DNA of 64,000 nucleotides from Nitrosopumilales archaeon (GTDB lineage Archaea > Thermoproteota > Nitrososphaeria > Nitrososphaerales > Nitrososphaeraceae): NCBI GenBank assembly GCA_044507735.1, contig JBIQJB010000007.1, positions 18,873 to 82,872 on the forward strand, given 5' to 3'. Below the pieces are notes generated by a model, which saw only the letters and a program-made list of their open reading frames with translations, did no database searches and was not told the origin of the DNA. Position 1 is the first letter of the stretch. Every line of letters starts with the position of its first letter. Shown piece after piece: positions 50,428 to 60,392 of this stretch. The position numbers and the translations under genes were made by a program.

Positions 50428-50573
50428 ATCTGCTTTGACTTTCTCCGGGCCATCTCCTTTCTCGGGTCTTTCTCAGGATATGGGTCAGGTCGCGGTTCCT
50501 CTCCCAGCTGGCCGTCGGTCGCATCATTCAGAGCTTGGTCTCGCCTGAAGGGGTTCTTCCTTTCCGTGCTCAT
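50424..50573 (-). CDS. 49-aa hydrophilic microprotein (below the ORF-track cutoff)
   Basis: MSTERKNPFRRDQALNDATDGQLGEEPRPDPYPEKDPRKEMARRKSKQI; its stop overlaps the convergent gene's stop. Confidence 0.5.
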   Translation of the reverse strand: MSTERKNPFRRDQALNDATDGQLGEEPRPDPYPEKDPRKEMARRKSKQI

Positions 50574-50910
50574 ATATATGCAGAATAATATGCGGCTTTA
50601 TCGCTAATACGCATTTTATCATATTCTGGCGACAAGGTCCGCAGCCTTCAAGTTTCTGGCAGAATCGCCAGCTTATTGATCATTGAATCCCTCCTCAAGA
50701 GTAGAGGACGATCCGAGGACTTATCGCCAAGACCAAGACTGGCCGTCAAAGCAAGACTGACAGACGGTGGCAAGACAAGCTTTGCAGGGATGCTGTGCAT
50801 TTAAAGCATCCATCTCCGGACCTCTGGTAACTGAAGACACCGGCGCAGGGTGGTTATAGGGTAGTATAATCTCACAGCTTTGGCAGTGGGAGTAGCCAAG
50901 AACACGTGGC

Positions 50911-52725
50911 CTAGGAGATCATAGCATTCTCAATATTGTTTGGCGGGCCTCCAATAGCACTGGATTCATCCAGTTTTATGGATTGAAACTCGTTATTCTG
51001 TATTATATTGTGGACAAGTGTGTTGTTGTAAGATCTATCAAGAATGCCAATGCCGTCCTTGTTTCCTACTACAGTATTGCTCATGATTAGATTGTCATAG
51101 CATTGCTTGTCGATGTAGATGCCATACTTGTCATTGTACCTTGCAATATTATCCTGAACAATGCTAGAATTTGTGAGCCAGTGAAGTCCGATACCTTCAG
51201 TGTTGTACTCCACTAGGTTGTTAGTTACGGTCACGTTAAAGCAGTATTTTGAGCATATGAACCCCTGGTTCCCGTTGTCGTGGATATGGTTTGAATCTAC
51301 AACAAAATTTCCTGATTCAGTGTGGGGATCAAGCCCGTACCTGTCATTTGCATAGATCTTGTTGTTGGTTATGGTGAAATTCTCGGCCCTGCTACTGTAG
51401 AATCCATAGTAGTTGTGGGCAATGGTAGAGTTGGCGATGGTGAAATTCCCTGTGCTCCTGTACTCGAGGGCCGCTCGTGCGTTGTCGGTATTGGATATGC
51501 CGCCTAGAGGGAATCCAAGATGTGTTATCGAAGAGTTTATCACATCCATTTTCCCGCCGTTTGTTGCCACAAGATATGGTCTTGGGTGGTACGAGTTACG
51601 GTCAGGAGCGTTTCTTTCAGAGTCCCACGAGGTGACTGTCGAGTTTATTATCGCGACTTTGCCTCCATCGACCCCTATCCTTCTTGGCAGGACATCTTGA
51701 GGATCTGACCTGATGAGCAGCTTTTCATTTGCGATCGTCAGCTGGGCGTCGTCTTTGAAAATAATTGTCTTGTTCATCATAAATTCGCCGCTATCTCCCT
51801 TATCATCGTCCTCTCCTTGCAACACAATCATCGCATCTGGGTATCTGGCATGCAGGCTGCTCAAGGTCCAACTCCCATTGGTGAGAATTAGATCTGTTTT
51901 GGGGTTTTCCTCAGCATCAAATTTGGTGGATAGCGTGTGATTTAGCCGTTCTGAAATATTCATGCTCAGCTTCTCTGGATACTCTGGGTTCAGCACATTG
52001 TTTGAATCATTATTGTTGCTATCTGTAAACCGTATTGTACCTTTGATGTTCAATAAATTTTCCATCAATGCGTTGCTGAACTGAAACTTGGGCGGGTCTC
52101 TGGGAGTAAAGGCGATTATGCTCGAGTTCCAATAGTGGATCCCAGTTTCAAGAAACGTGACAGCGTTTGCAATCTTACTGTTCTGAGCCAGGATTTCTCT
52201 ATCGACCAGGGCAATGTTGTTGAAGGTCGTTGGCGGGTAGCTCTTGTCGTACTCGCTGGTATTTGTCCAAGGCTTGACAACATATCCAAGGCGATTTAGC
52301 GCTTGTACCATTATGGGGTGCTTCTCTGCAAATGTATCTTCCAAGAAAAAGACAGCCTTTGAGACGTTGTATTTGAGAAGTGCATAGAGAACATGCTCTA
52401 GGTGGCTGCTACCGCCTTCTGGAATATAGAACGTCACTGTGACATTCCGTACCGAATCTCCATACAGGATGCCCTGCCTCTGGCCTTTCTGGATGGTAGC
52501 TTGTGCCTGCACATCTAGGTCAGCTCCTTCTGCCATTATGTAGGGCGCTATCCATCTCAAGGGCGATTCTCTGCTATCGTCGCGCAAATACCACTGGTAG
52601 ATGCTAAGCTCGACATTGCTCCAGATATCTAAAAAATGATGTCCGACTAGTGGCGCGGCGATATACCAAACCATCAACCCGACAGCAATGACAACAATGA
52701 CAGGCACTAGGGAAAATCTATCCAT
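50911..52725 (-). CDS. Membrane-anchored protein: degenerate CE4/NodB-like domain plus AlgG-like (mannuronan C5-epimerase-type) beta-helix
   Basis: N-terminal TM; VTVTF..VL.ALLKYNVSKAVFFL; NSTVTSWD..RPYL..MDVINS.I..LG; HNYYGFYS; YGLDPHT. Confidence 0.8.
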   Translation of the reverse strand: MDRFSLVPVIVVIAVGLMVWYIAAPLVGHHFLDIWSNVELSIYQWYLRDDSRESPLRWIAPYIMAEGADLDVQAQATIQKGQRQGILYGDSVRNVTVTFYIPEGGSSHLEHVLYALLKYNVSKAVFFLEDTFAEKHPIMVQALNRLGYVVKPWTNTSEYDKSYPPTTFNNIALVDREILAQNSKIANAVTFLETGIHYWNSSIIAFTPRDPPKFQFSNALMENLLNIKGTIRFTDSNNNDSNNVLNPEYPEKLSMNISERLNHTLSTKFDAEENPKTDLILTNGSWTLSSLHARYPDAMIVLQGEDDDKGDSGEFMMNKTIIFKDDAQLTIANEKLLIRSDPQDVLPRRIGVDGGKVAIINSTVTSWDSERNAPDRNSYHPRPYLVATNGGKMDVINSSITHLGFPLGGISNTDNARAALEYRSTGNFTIANSTIAHNYYGFYSSRAENFTITNNKIYANDRYGLDPHTESGNFVVDSNHIHDNGNQGFICSKYCFNVTVTNNLVEYNTEGIGLHWLTNSSIVQDNIARYNDKYGIYIDKQCYDNLIMSNTVVGNKDGIGILDRSYNNTLVHNIIQNNEFQSIKLDESSAIGGPPNNIENAMIS

Positions 52726-53087
52726 CGATACCGCCCCTGACCATTTTGTTGTTGTCTCTTGCTAGACGCGGATTTCCAAACTCTATAGTCATCACCGTCA
52801 GAGGAATAAACAGCAGTTGCGTGCGAGCTAGCTCTGATAGTCTGAACAAGTATGACAGAATATTGTCGTTATGCCAATCTACTTAACAGATGCTTTTTTT
52901 TGTTGCATCAAATATTTAGCAAAACGACTTTCTGAGACTTGTTCGACAAGAACTTTTGTTTGAAAATATCCGTAGATGGTTTGATATGTAGCTCACTTTA
53001 GTTTTAATCGCAATTCGCTCGTCATACAATGTGCACATATGAAAGTGACTCAATGCTCAAATAGCAATCTCGTGACTGACGTTTGCA

Positions 53088-54140
53088 TTGTCAAGAAGAA
53101 AGATTATTGAGAAAGATAATAGTAGTAACGACAACAATAGCCATAGCAATAGCAACAGCCATCATCATCACCATCATCACTACAATGGCAGCCTCGGCAC
53201 CAGGGTTCTTGTTGTCGGCCTCGGTCAGCTCGGGCTTCCAGTGGCGCAGTATGTAAAGCAAAGAGGATTTGACACCTATGGTCATGACATCAGCACCAGA
53301 GCCATGGAGAATGCTGAGAGGTTGGCCGGAATAAAGAAAGCAGGCAATTTTAGCGATTTCGACGTTTACATCTTGTGCGTGTCGACGCACATGCCCAACG
53401 ATATCTACCTCCCTTACACCGATAACCTGATGGATGTTGCCCGTCGGATATCAGAACAGGCCGACGATGGAGCTCTTGTGTGCATAGAGAGTACGATTCC
53501 ACTAGGCACTGCAAGAAAGATCTGTAGTATGTTCAACCACAGGCTGCATGTTGCGCATGTGCCGCATAGATGGTATGTGCACGATCAGGAAAAGTATGGA
53601 GTCAACCAGATGCGCGTGGCTGGTGGGATCGAACCCTGTTGTCTGGCCATGGCCGTTCAATTCTATTCAGGCGACTTGAATGGCAATGCCTTTTCCAGCA
53701 ACAATAGCCGGATAAAGGGAAGCTTGGGGATTCCAATTCATCCGGTCAGAAGCGCGGAGGTGGCGGAGCTATCCAAGACAGTTGAAAACGCACACAGGTA
53801 CTTGCAGATAGCGTTCGCAGAGGAGCTGTATATCTGGTGCCGCCTCAATAACATTGACTTCTGGGAGATGAGGGACGCCCTCAATACCAAGTGGAATGTA
53901 AATATCTTGGAGCCAAGAGAAGGTATTGGTGGGCATTGCCTGCCCAAGGATACGAGGATGTTCTTGAACTCATCCCAACTGATCAAGAGCAAGATACTCT
54001 CAGCAGCGCTTGAAGTTGATTTGGACTATAGGAACTACAAAAAGTTCGAAAGCCAAGCAACAACAACGACTACAGCAAATACGACCTCCCTAGAGGACAG
54101 CAACAGCGGGATTGGAAGAAATGTATCGATTCCGGTTTGA
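53088..54140 (+). CDS. UDP-glucose/GDP-mannose/UDP-HexNAc dehydrogenase family protein (short form)
   Basis: GLGQLGLP, CVST, IESTIP.GT, HVPHR, AELSKTVEN..R...IAFAEE, GIGGHCLPKD. Confidence 0.87.
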   Translation: MSRRKIIEKDNSSNDNNSHSNSNSHHHHHHHYNGSLGTRVLVVGLGQLGLPVAQYVKQRGFDTYGHDISTRAMENAERLAGIKKAGNFSDFDVYILCVSTHMPNDIYLPYTDNLMDVARRISEQADDGALVCIESTIPLGTARKICSMFNHRLHVAHVPHRWYVHDQEKYGVNQMRVAGGIEPCCLAMAVQFYSGDLNGNAFSSNNSRIKGSLGIPIHPVRSAEVAELSKTVENAHRYLQIAFAEELYIWCRLNNIDFWEMRDALNTKWNVNILEPREGIGGHCLPKDTRMFLNSSQLIKSKILSAALEVDLDYRNYKKFESQATTTTTANTTSLEDSNSGIGRNVSIPV

Positions 54141-54197
54141 CTGCGACAACGACGACACTGATAGCTGTCGTAGTTGCATGCGGTAGGCTGCTGGTGC

Positions 54198-54833
54198 ATG
54201 AATAGGAAGCAGTCTATACTGGCATTTGGCGCGCATCCTGACGACATCGAAATAGGGATGGGCGGTACCGTAGCCAAACTGGTAGGCATGGGCTACGATG
54301 TGTATCCTGTCATATGCACCCTGCCGGATTTTACAAAGACGGACAGGAAAGAAGAGCGCAAGTCGGAAGCCATCATGTCCTCCAAAATTCTGGGAACGAG
54401 GCCTCCCACGATCCTTGACCTTGCTCCGGACGAGCTGCAGTTTGGCCGCAAGTTTGTCACCCTGCTCGACGAAATCATCCAAAAGTATCAACCGGAAGCG
54501 GTTTTTACACAGTGGATTGGCGACTCTCATCAGGATCACTATGTGCTTACAAGGGCAGTAATGGCCGCTGCGCGGTATACAAAGAACCTCATGATGTACG
54601 AAACAACTATTCCAGGAGGCATAACGGAGCAAGCGTTTAGACCACAGCTGTTCATAGATATCAGCGACACGCTTGAAGTAAAAACTGATGCTCTCAACTG
54701 TTTCAACTCCCAGAAGGCTCGCGGAGGGCACTTGTGGATAGACGCCGTTATCGGCAGATCACGCTACAGGGGATTTCAAATCCGGACAGAATCTGCAGAG
54801 GCGTTTGAGGTTGTCAAAGTAAACAAATGGTAA
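54198..54833 (+). CDS. PIG-L/LmbE-family de-N-acetylase
   Basis: AHPDDIE.GMGGT, RKSEA, DSHQDH, SQ, AEAF. Confidence 0.9.
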   Translation: MNRKQSILAFGAHPDDIEIGMGGTVAKLVGMGYDVYPVICTLPDFTKTDRKEERKSEAIMSSKILGTRPPTILDLAPDELQFGRKFVTLLDEIIQKYQPEAVFTQWIGDSHQDHYVLTRAVMAAARYTKNLMMYETTIPGGITEQAFRPQLFIDISDTLEVKTDALNCFNSQKARGGHLWIDAVIGRSRYRGFQIRTESAEAFEVVKVNKW

Positions 54834-54894
54834 AAGATTGCCAAATCAAAACCCCGCTCTCTCAAAAAAGAGGGAAAGAGAAAAAAATGAGGGT

Positions 54895-56286
54895 TTAGGC
54901 GGGGGGATTTATTTCCCTGATGCTAAACCACTTGAAGTCGACGTCGGATGCGTTATCCCATCTGAAAGTGGCGACCGGACCGCCCCACAGGATTACCTGA
55001 TCCTTGGAGCCTCCACAGATGTTGGAATCAGCTCTCCATCCTCCTCTGTCAAGATATTCGTTGACCTTGCGCCATGATGTCCTGTCGTTCTTTTCGTCAA
55101 CCCACAGCTCCTGCTTTACTGCGGTTGAACCGTCAGGCAATTTTACATCATAGATCACAGTCTTTATGCCGATCCACCTTCCCTCCAAGCCGTCGGTGGA
55201 GCCAGCTATCCTGTTGGTCACTGCATATCCGTCATTGTGCCACAACTCCTTTACCGAGGCGGTGTTTCCGTTATAGTATATCCTTGGCTTGACGCCGGTT
55301 CCTTCGCATTCCTGGTTCTCCCCGTTCGGTGCTTGCTTATGTGTGTGCCGCCCGCTCCTTGCATACCAGCTAAAGTAGCCGTTTGAGTCATAGTCATTCA
55401 GCTTGACATAGCCTGTCATTTCCACATTCTTCCAGTCGTTTGGATCCTGCATGTAGCCTTTGGTGGCAAGGACTTTTTGATTATACGTCTTGATCCTTTC
55501 TGGACTGTATCCGCTCTTTGTGAAGACGTTCATGCGGATCTGTCCGTCTTTTACCTTCCAGGAGCCGTCCTTGTTCTTTGTTATCTTGTCCTTGGTGGTG
55601 AATTTGTCCTCATCGACGTTTGGATTGTCCATATTCATGAACCATTCGTCGCCTCCTTTCTTGGTAGGATACAGCTCCTTTATTCCAAACTTGTCTATTC
55701 CGGTGCCGCTCGTGTAGTCATCGTCACCGTTCGCTCCTGATCGTGACGTATCATCCTTTTCTCCATTCACGTCTATCTCGGTTATGCTTGCCCATTGGTT
55801 CATGGTGTTGCCGTTGACAGTTATCTTGACATATCTCGCGGACACTCGTTGCTGGATGGTGTATTTCTCGAGTGAATTGGTCTCTCCGCTGCTCTTGCCC
55901 GAATAGACATCGGTAAAAGATCCTCCGTCAGAAGAGACTGAAACTACAAAGTCGTTGACTCTTTCATCTCCCCTGTACCATGCGATATTGACGCTACAGA
56001 CTACTGCCTGTTCTCCGAGGTCTGCAGTAATCCATGATCCAATTCCGTAGGCAGACCACCTGGTATTGAGGTTGTTGTCGAGTGTGTTTGTTGGTACGTT
56101 GCCATCGTCGCTGCTAGCACGAAGACCTGCAATTGTAAGGTCGTCGCATATGGAACCTGTTGCAGCACTTGCGTGCCCTGTGGGCAAAATGGACGTCATG
56201 CCTACAAAAGATGCTGCAAGCAGTCCTGCTAGGGAGAGGGCTTCAATTTGTCTGCCGCTTCCCGATTTTTTCTCTAGAGATTTCAT
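54895..56286 (-). CDS. Secreted CBM32/F5-8 type C domain protein with a C-terminal beta-sandwich domain
   Basis: Signal peptide; DGNVPTNTLDNNLNTRWSA, WITADLG, IAWYRGDER, ARYVKITVNGN..WASITE. Confidence 0.85.
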   Translation of the reverse strand: MKSLEKKSGSGRQIEALSLAGLLAASFVGMTSILPTGHASAATGSICDDLTIAGLRASSDDGNVPTNTLDNNLNTRWSAYGIGSWITADLGEQAVVCSVNIAWYRGDERVNDFVVSVSSDGGSFTDVYSGKSSGETNSLEKYTIQQRVSARYVKITVNGNTMNQWASITEIDVNGEKDDTSRSGANGDDDYTSGTGIDKFGIKELYPTKKGGDEWFMNMDNPNVDEDKFTTKDKITKNKDGSWKVKDGQIRMNVFTKSGYSPERIKTYNQKVLATKGYMQDPNDWKNVEMTGYVKLNDYDSNGYFSWYARSGRHTHKQAPNGENQECEGTGVKPRIYYNGNTASVKELWHNDGYAVTNRIAGSTDGLEGRWIGIKTVIYDVKLPDGSTAVKQELWVDEKNDRTSWRKVNEYLDRGGWRADSNICGGSKDQVILWGGPVATFRWDNASDVDFKWFSIREINPPA

Positions 56287-56564
56287 CTCGCACTAGGCGT
56301 CTGATGAATCTTATTTAAAATTGCGCGAGGTAGTCTATGCTCCAGTCAGGGACTTTCCTGATCGTGAAATTCTCTGACGTAAAAAAGACTCTATAGCTCT
56401 ACCACGACAAACGATCTTTTTTATCTCATACCAATTTTTACCGGAGGCAACTATGTTAAGCAAAACTGCAAGTTATTCTTCTTAACCCATTAATACTTCA
56501 GCAGCAACAACATCGATGCCATGACGATCCTTCTTGTTACTGCTTACAATTGTGGTGAATCCTG

Positions 56565-58037
56565 ATGAACATGCAGCGGCAAGAAAAAAGCGTCTATCCG
56601 CATAGAGAGCTAGACAAGAAGCGCTGGTTAGTCAGGTACCTCTGCCTTGCTGCGCTTGGAGTAATATTGTCGATCAAGGTCTATCTTTTGCTTTTCATTT
56701 TTGACTTTACTGTAGGAGTGTATAGCTTTATCACAACTTTTGTCTTGTTTTCCACTCTACTGCTATCTTATGTGAAATTCAGAGATCCATACTTTATCGC
56801 TCTGGAGAATGCCGGAGACAAGAATAACAATTCATCGCCACTTGTCTCAGTAATTCTGCCCGTGAAAAATGAAGAAGGTCACATTGCGGACTGTGTCAAA
56901 TCATGCATAAATTCGACATATCCAAACAAGGAAATCATTGTAGTAAACGATGGCAGCACGGATGGCACAGCAAGAGTTCTTGATGATGTTTACCGGGCAA
57001 GTGCGAATCCAAGCCTGCACATCATACATCTATCAAAAAATGTAGGAAAAAAGAAGGCTATAGAAGCTGGCGCAAGCATCGCCAATGGCGAAATCTATGT
57101 CTTCATAGACAGCGATTGTGAGATGGCAGCAGATGCCATAGAAAAATTTGTCAGGATCTTTAATTCTGACCACACTGTTGGCGCAGTAACCGCCCACGGC
57201 AGGGTAAGAAACGTAAGTGAGGGGAACGTACTTGAAAAAATTGAGGACGTATGGTATGACGGCCAGTTTCGCATCATAAAAGGGATGGAAAGTTCGTTCT
57301 CATCAGTGACATGCTGTTCTGGCGCCCTGAGTGCATATAGGAAGATTGCAATCCAGTCACACATTTCGGCTTGGGCGCATGAGAAATTCCTTGGCAGAGA
57401 GTTCAAGTTTGCAACAGATAGGCGTCTCACCGCATACGTTCTAGCCGGCGGGCCGCCTCCTCAAATGCGGCAAGAACCAAAAGAAGCAGTAGAACAAGAT
57501 CCAACAATACTGCAGACAGGCAACGACGAACTGGAAGCAATGAAGATGTCCTCTGATCCTGACGAAGAAGACAACAACACTTCCAAAGAATCTTCGGCAA
57601 ATTGGAAGGTGCAGTATAGCCCGAGCATATTTGTATCGATCGGCCCACCGTCCACATTTACCGCATTCATCAGACAGCAAATCAGATGGCGCAAGAGCTT
57701 CATCCGGAGCGTTTTTGCCACAGGCAAGGTATACTGGAGGAGGCCGATTCCCGCGGCAATGCTCTACTATCTGCAGATGGGATTGAAGTTCTTTCGTCCC
57801 TTCATTGTGCTCAAGACCCTTGTTCTCCTACCGCTTGCCGGGGACTACATTACTGGCTTGCTCTTTGTTTCAGCCGTGCTTTTCACCGGCATGATCTATG
57901 GTATTGACTTTCGACTGCGCAATCCCGGCAGCAGTTTGTGGGTGTACAGGCCACTAATGACATTGCTCTCAACGTTCGTTCTAACCTGGCTTCTCATCTA
58001 TTCTGCAATTACAATCCGAAAAATGTCATGGAGGTAA
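56565..58037 (+). CDS. Processive GT2 polysaccharide synthase, hyaluronan-synthase/NodC-like
   Basis: Two N-terminal TMs; PVKNE, VNDGSTD, N.GKK.A, FIDSD, CCSGALSAYR, TDRRLT, QQIRWRKS; C-terminal TMs ending SWR. Confidence 0.9.
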   Translation: MNMQRQEKSVYPHRELDKKRWLVRYLCLAALGVILSIKVYLLLFIFDFTVGVYSFITTFVLFSTLLLSYVKFRDPYFIALENAGDKNNNSSPLVSVILPVKNEEGHIADCVKSCINSTYPNKEIIVVNDGSTDGTARVLDDVYRASANPSLHIIHLSKNVGKKKAIEAGASIANGEIYVFIDSDCEMAADAIEKFVRIFNSDHTVGAVTAHGRVRNVSEGNVLEKIEDVWYDGQFRIIKGMESSFSSVTCCSGALSAYRKIAIQSHISAWAHEKFLGREFKFATDRRLTAYVLAGGPPPQMRQEPKEAVEQDPTILQTGNDELEAMKMSSDPDEEDNNTSKESSANWKVQYSPSIFVSIGPPSTFTAFIRQQIRWRKSFIRSVFATGKVYWRRPIPAAMLYYLQMGLKFFRPFIVLKTLVLLPLAGDYITGLLFVSAVLFTGMIYGIDFRLRNPGSSLWVYRPLMTLLSTFVLTWLLIYSAITIRKMSWR

Positions 58038-58062
58038 GAAGAAGGAAGAAGAGGGAAAGATT

Positions 58063-58263
58063 ATGGCTCATAAGGGAAAGGTCCTCAGCAGGATAGATGT
58101 CATACTAGTTGGAGCAGGGATGGTGATAGCTTTTTCTCTTATACTGATAAGGTTGTTAGGCCTTGTTGAATCACCCACTGCGAGTTCATCTGAAATTGTT
58201 GCAAGTTTTCTCCAGCGCCTCTGTGTCACAATGCCGTTTGACCTCATGACGCTGTGCAAGTAG
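58063..58263 (+). CDS. Small single-TM protein, possible synthase accessory subunit
   Basis: 25 nt after the GT2 stop; one hydrophobic helix. Confidence 0.55.
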   Translation: MAHKGKVLSRIDVILVGAGMVIAFSLILIRLLGLVESPTASSSEIVASFLQRLCVTMPFDLMTLCK

Positions 58264-58437
58264 TTTTGTAGAGAAGATTCGTGAGGCATTTGGATTGCAT
58301 GGGAATTGACAATTCACCAACTGAGGTAAATGTTATGTTCATGCTATCTTGTTAGAGTAAATACACTTGCGCTTCCATATTCAGATTAATGTTCGATAAT
58401 GGAGAAAAGCCAAACACCGCTCCTCATTCATTAGAAA

Positions 58438-59253
58438 ATGAATCATAACTCGATCCTTTTTCGTACAACTTTCGGAGCGATGGTCGTCATTGGCAGTGTT
58501 TCTTTTCTGCTACTACTATACATTGTATCCGGCAGCCAGCTTGCAAGCCAAGGCGATACGGGGGCAAGCGCCAATACTGCCACCGCATTTATCAATGCCT
58601 ACGCACAGTCGAGCGATTTCAATCTGAATGGGACCTCGGAGAACGACACTAGTGGTGGCAACAATAATCATGAATCCATTCCCACGACCACTGGGACCTT
58701 TAATTATGATAGTAGTAGTACTGGTGCAAACACCGATCAGTTAGAGAACACGCCTGCATTCATGGAGATTAGGGGGCACATAGGAGGCATGATTACTGAA
58801 GATTCTACCGGCGGGGCGACAATAGGAGATGCGGAGAACGAGACTGCTCAATCTATTCGAGGAGGAAAGGAATATGTGATGACGGGACATTGGAGAGTCG
58901 TTGCCAACCAGAGTATTCTGGAGAGATTCGTTGCAAACCTGACTATTGCGCGGACTGACGGAATGGAATCTCACATTATCATAATTGAAGATGAGGGGCC
59001 TCGCTTTGATCTAAGCAGCACTGGCAACATCATAACGTCAGAGTTTCCGGCGACAATTTATCGTAACAACTTTAACCTTACAACCATTTCTGCACCGGTG
59101 CAGCTATCGCTCAGAGGCAACAATATCATGCAGTTTAGTGCAACCATCAACAATGACAATAGTACTTCCTTGCCCGCCAGCTTGCAGATACTGCGACTGC
59201 TTGATGAAAGACCTGTATTTGGGACTGTAGACATAGTTACAACAGAGAGTTAG
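58438..59253 (+). CDS. Membrane-anchored or secreted beta-rich protein
   Basis: N-terminal TM; G.I..., G.W.V, F.A, PVFG motifs shared with 60393..61124. Confidence 0.72.
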   Translation: MNHNSILFRTTFGAMVVIGSVSFLLLLYIVSGSQLASQGDTGASANTATAFINAYAQSSDFNLNGTSENDTSGGNNNHESIPTTTGTFNYDSSSTGANTDQLENTPAFMEIRGHIGGMITEDSTGGATIGDAENETAQSIRGGKEYVMTGHWRVVANQSILERFVANLTIARTDGMESHIIIIEDEGPRFDLSSTGNIITSEFPATIYRNNFNLTTISAPVQLSLRGNNIMQFSATINNDNSTSLPASLQILRLLDERPVFGTVDIVTTES

Positions 59254-59393
59254 GGGTGACCTCTGCTCTCTACAAGATATCTTTTCTGTTATTTCCAGTG
59301 CAGCGTTAGTCTTCAGTAAAATCTCACAACAGGTTTTGGCGGAATGCTCAATAGTTCAAGTTTCAAACAAGTTGCGGAGGACACCTTGCAGAG

Positions 59394-60356
59394 TTGCAGC
59401 TGACATTCTTCACCAATGATCAAAACGTCACACCGCTGTTGGAGGGGTCTGAATGCAATGGCACAGCTGCCGCTTGCCTGAAAATAATGAACAAGCCGCT
59501 TATTGTACACAACATTGATGCTCTGAATAGGACTCTAAAAGGGAAGATAACTGGCGTGGCAATTCCAAGAGATCTAAAAGGCATACTGGACGCAATTAAT
59601 GAGCATTGCCGTGATATCAATATCAGAGAAATTGATGATTGCAACAACAGCTCCTGGAATGGGTCGGACAATACTAAGCAGCAGCAACAACAACAAAACT
59701 ATTGTGATGCCATCATCAACTGGGCTGAGGATTCGGTCAGAGTGCCCATTAATTCGATAGTACATTCATCATCACCTGAAGACATCAAGGTGGATCTGAT
59801 AACTTATCCATGGCATTTTCTGGCAGCGGTTCAGAGCTTGCTCAAAGAGCATGTCACAACCACGTATATCTCTCCTACCGCGAGAATCAGCAAGACTTCC
59901 GTCATTGAAGGGCCCTGCATCATTGAGGACAACGTGGTTCTGGATGACTTTTGCAAGATAAAAGGACCAGCCTACATATCTGCAGGCAGTACTGTCGGCA
60001 TGTGCTCTCTGGTTCGAAGTTCAATACTGGGAAAGAATACCAAGATAGGGTTTAACTGTGAAATTGCCAAGAGCTTCTTTTATGGCAACACCAAAATGCC
60101 TCACCAGAATGAAATACTGGACAGCCTAATCGGCGACAATGTCTGGTTTGGTGGATACTCTGCAACAGCCAATGTCCTGCTGTCAAGGGAGAACGTCAAA
60201 TTCCAGATTAACGGGAATCTTTTGGACACAGGCACCGATCACTTTGGAGCTGTTGTCGGCAACAATAGTACCGTGGGCGCTAACGTTCTGATTCTGCCTG
60301 GAAGACAGATCCCTCCAAATAGCAGGATTCAAGCCGGAACGATTGTCCGCAAGTAA
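59394..60356 (+). CDS. GlmU-like protein: degenerate nucleotidyltransferase plus left-handed beta-helix acetyltransferase
   Basis: NKPLI, YPW.FL, hexapeptide repeats IEGPCII, DSLIGDNVWFG, FGAVVG; no GxGxR loop. Confidence 0.8.
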   Translation: MQLTFFTNDQNVTPLLEGSECNGTAAACLKIMNKPLIVHNIDALNRTLKGKITGVAIPRDLKGILDAINEHCRDINIREIDDCNNSSWNGSDNTKQQQQQQNYCDAIINWAEDSVRVPINSIVHSSSPEDIKVDLITYPWHFLAAVQSLLKEHVTTTYISPTARISKTSVIEGPCIIEDNVVLDDFCKIKGPAYISAGSTVGMCSLVRSSILGKNTKIGFNCEIAKSFFYGNTKMPHQNEILDSLIGDNVWFGGYSATANVLLSRENVKFQINGNLLDTGTDHFGAVVGNNSTVGANVLILPGRQIPPNSRIQAGTIVRK

Positions 60357-60392
60357 AAAATAAGCAGGAAGGTATTTTCTGTCCGGATATTA

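Noticed and set aside
50885-50915. GTGGGAGTAGCCAAG resembling a tRNA 5' end
   Set aside because: No downstream arms; it runs into the adjacent CDS stop
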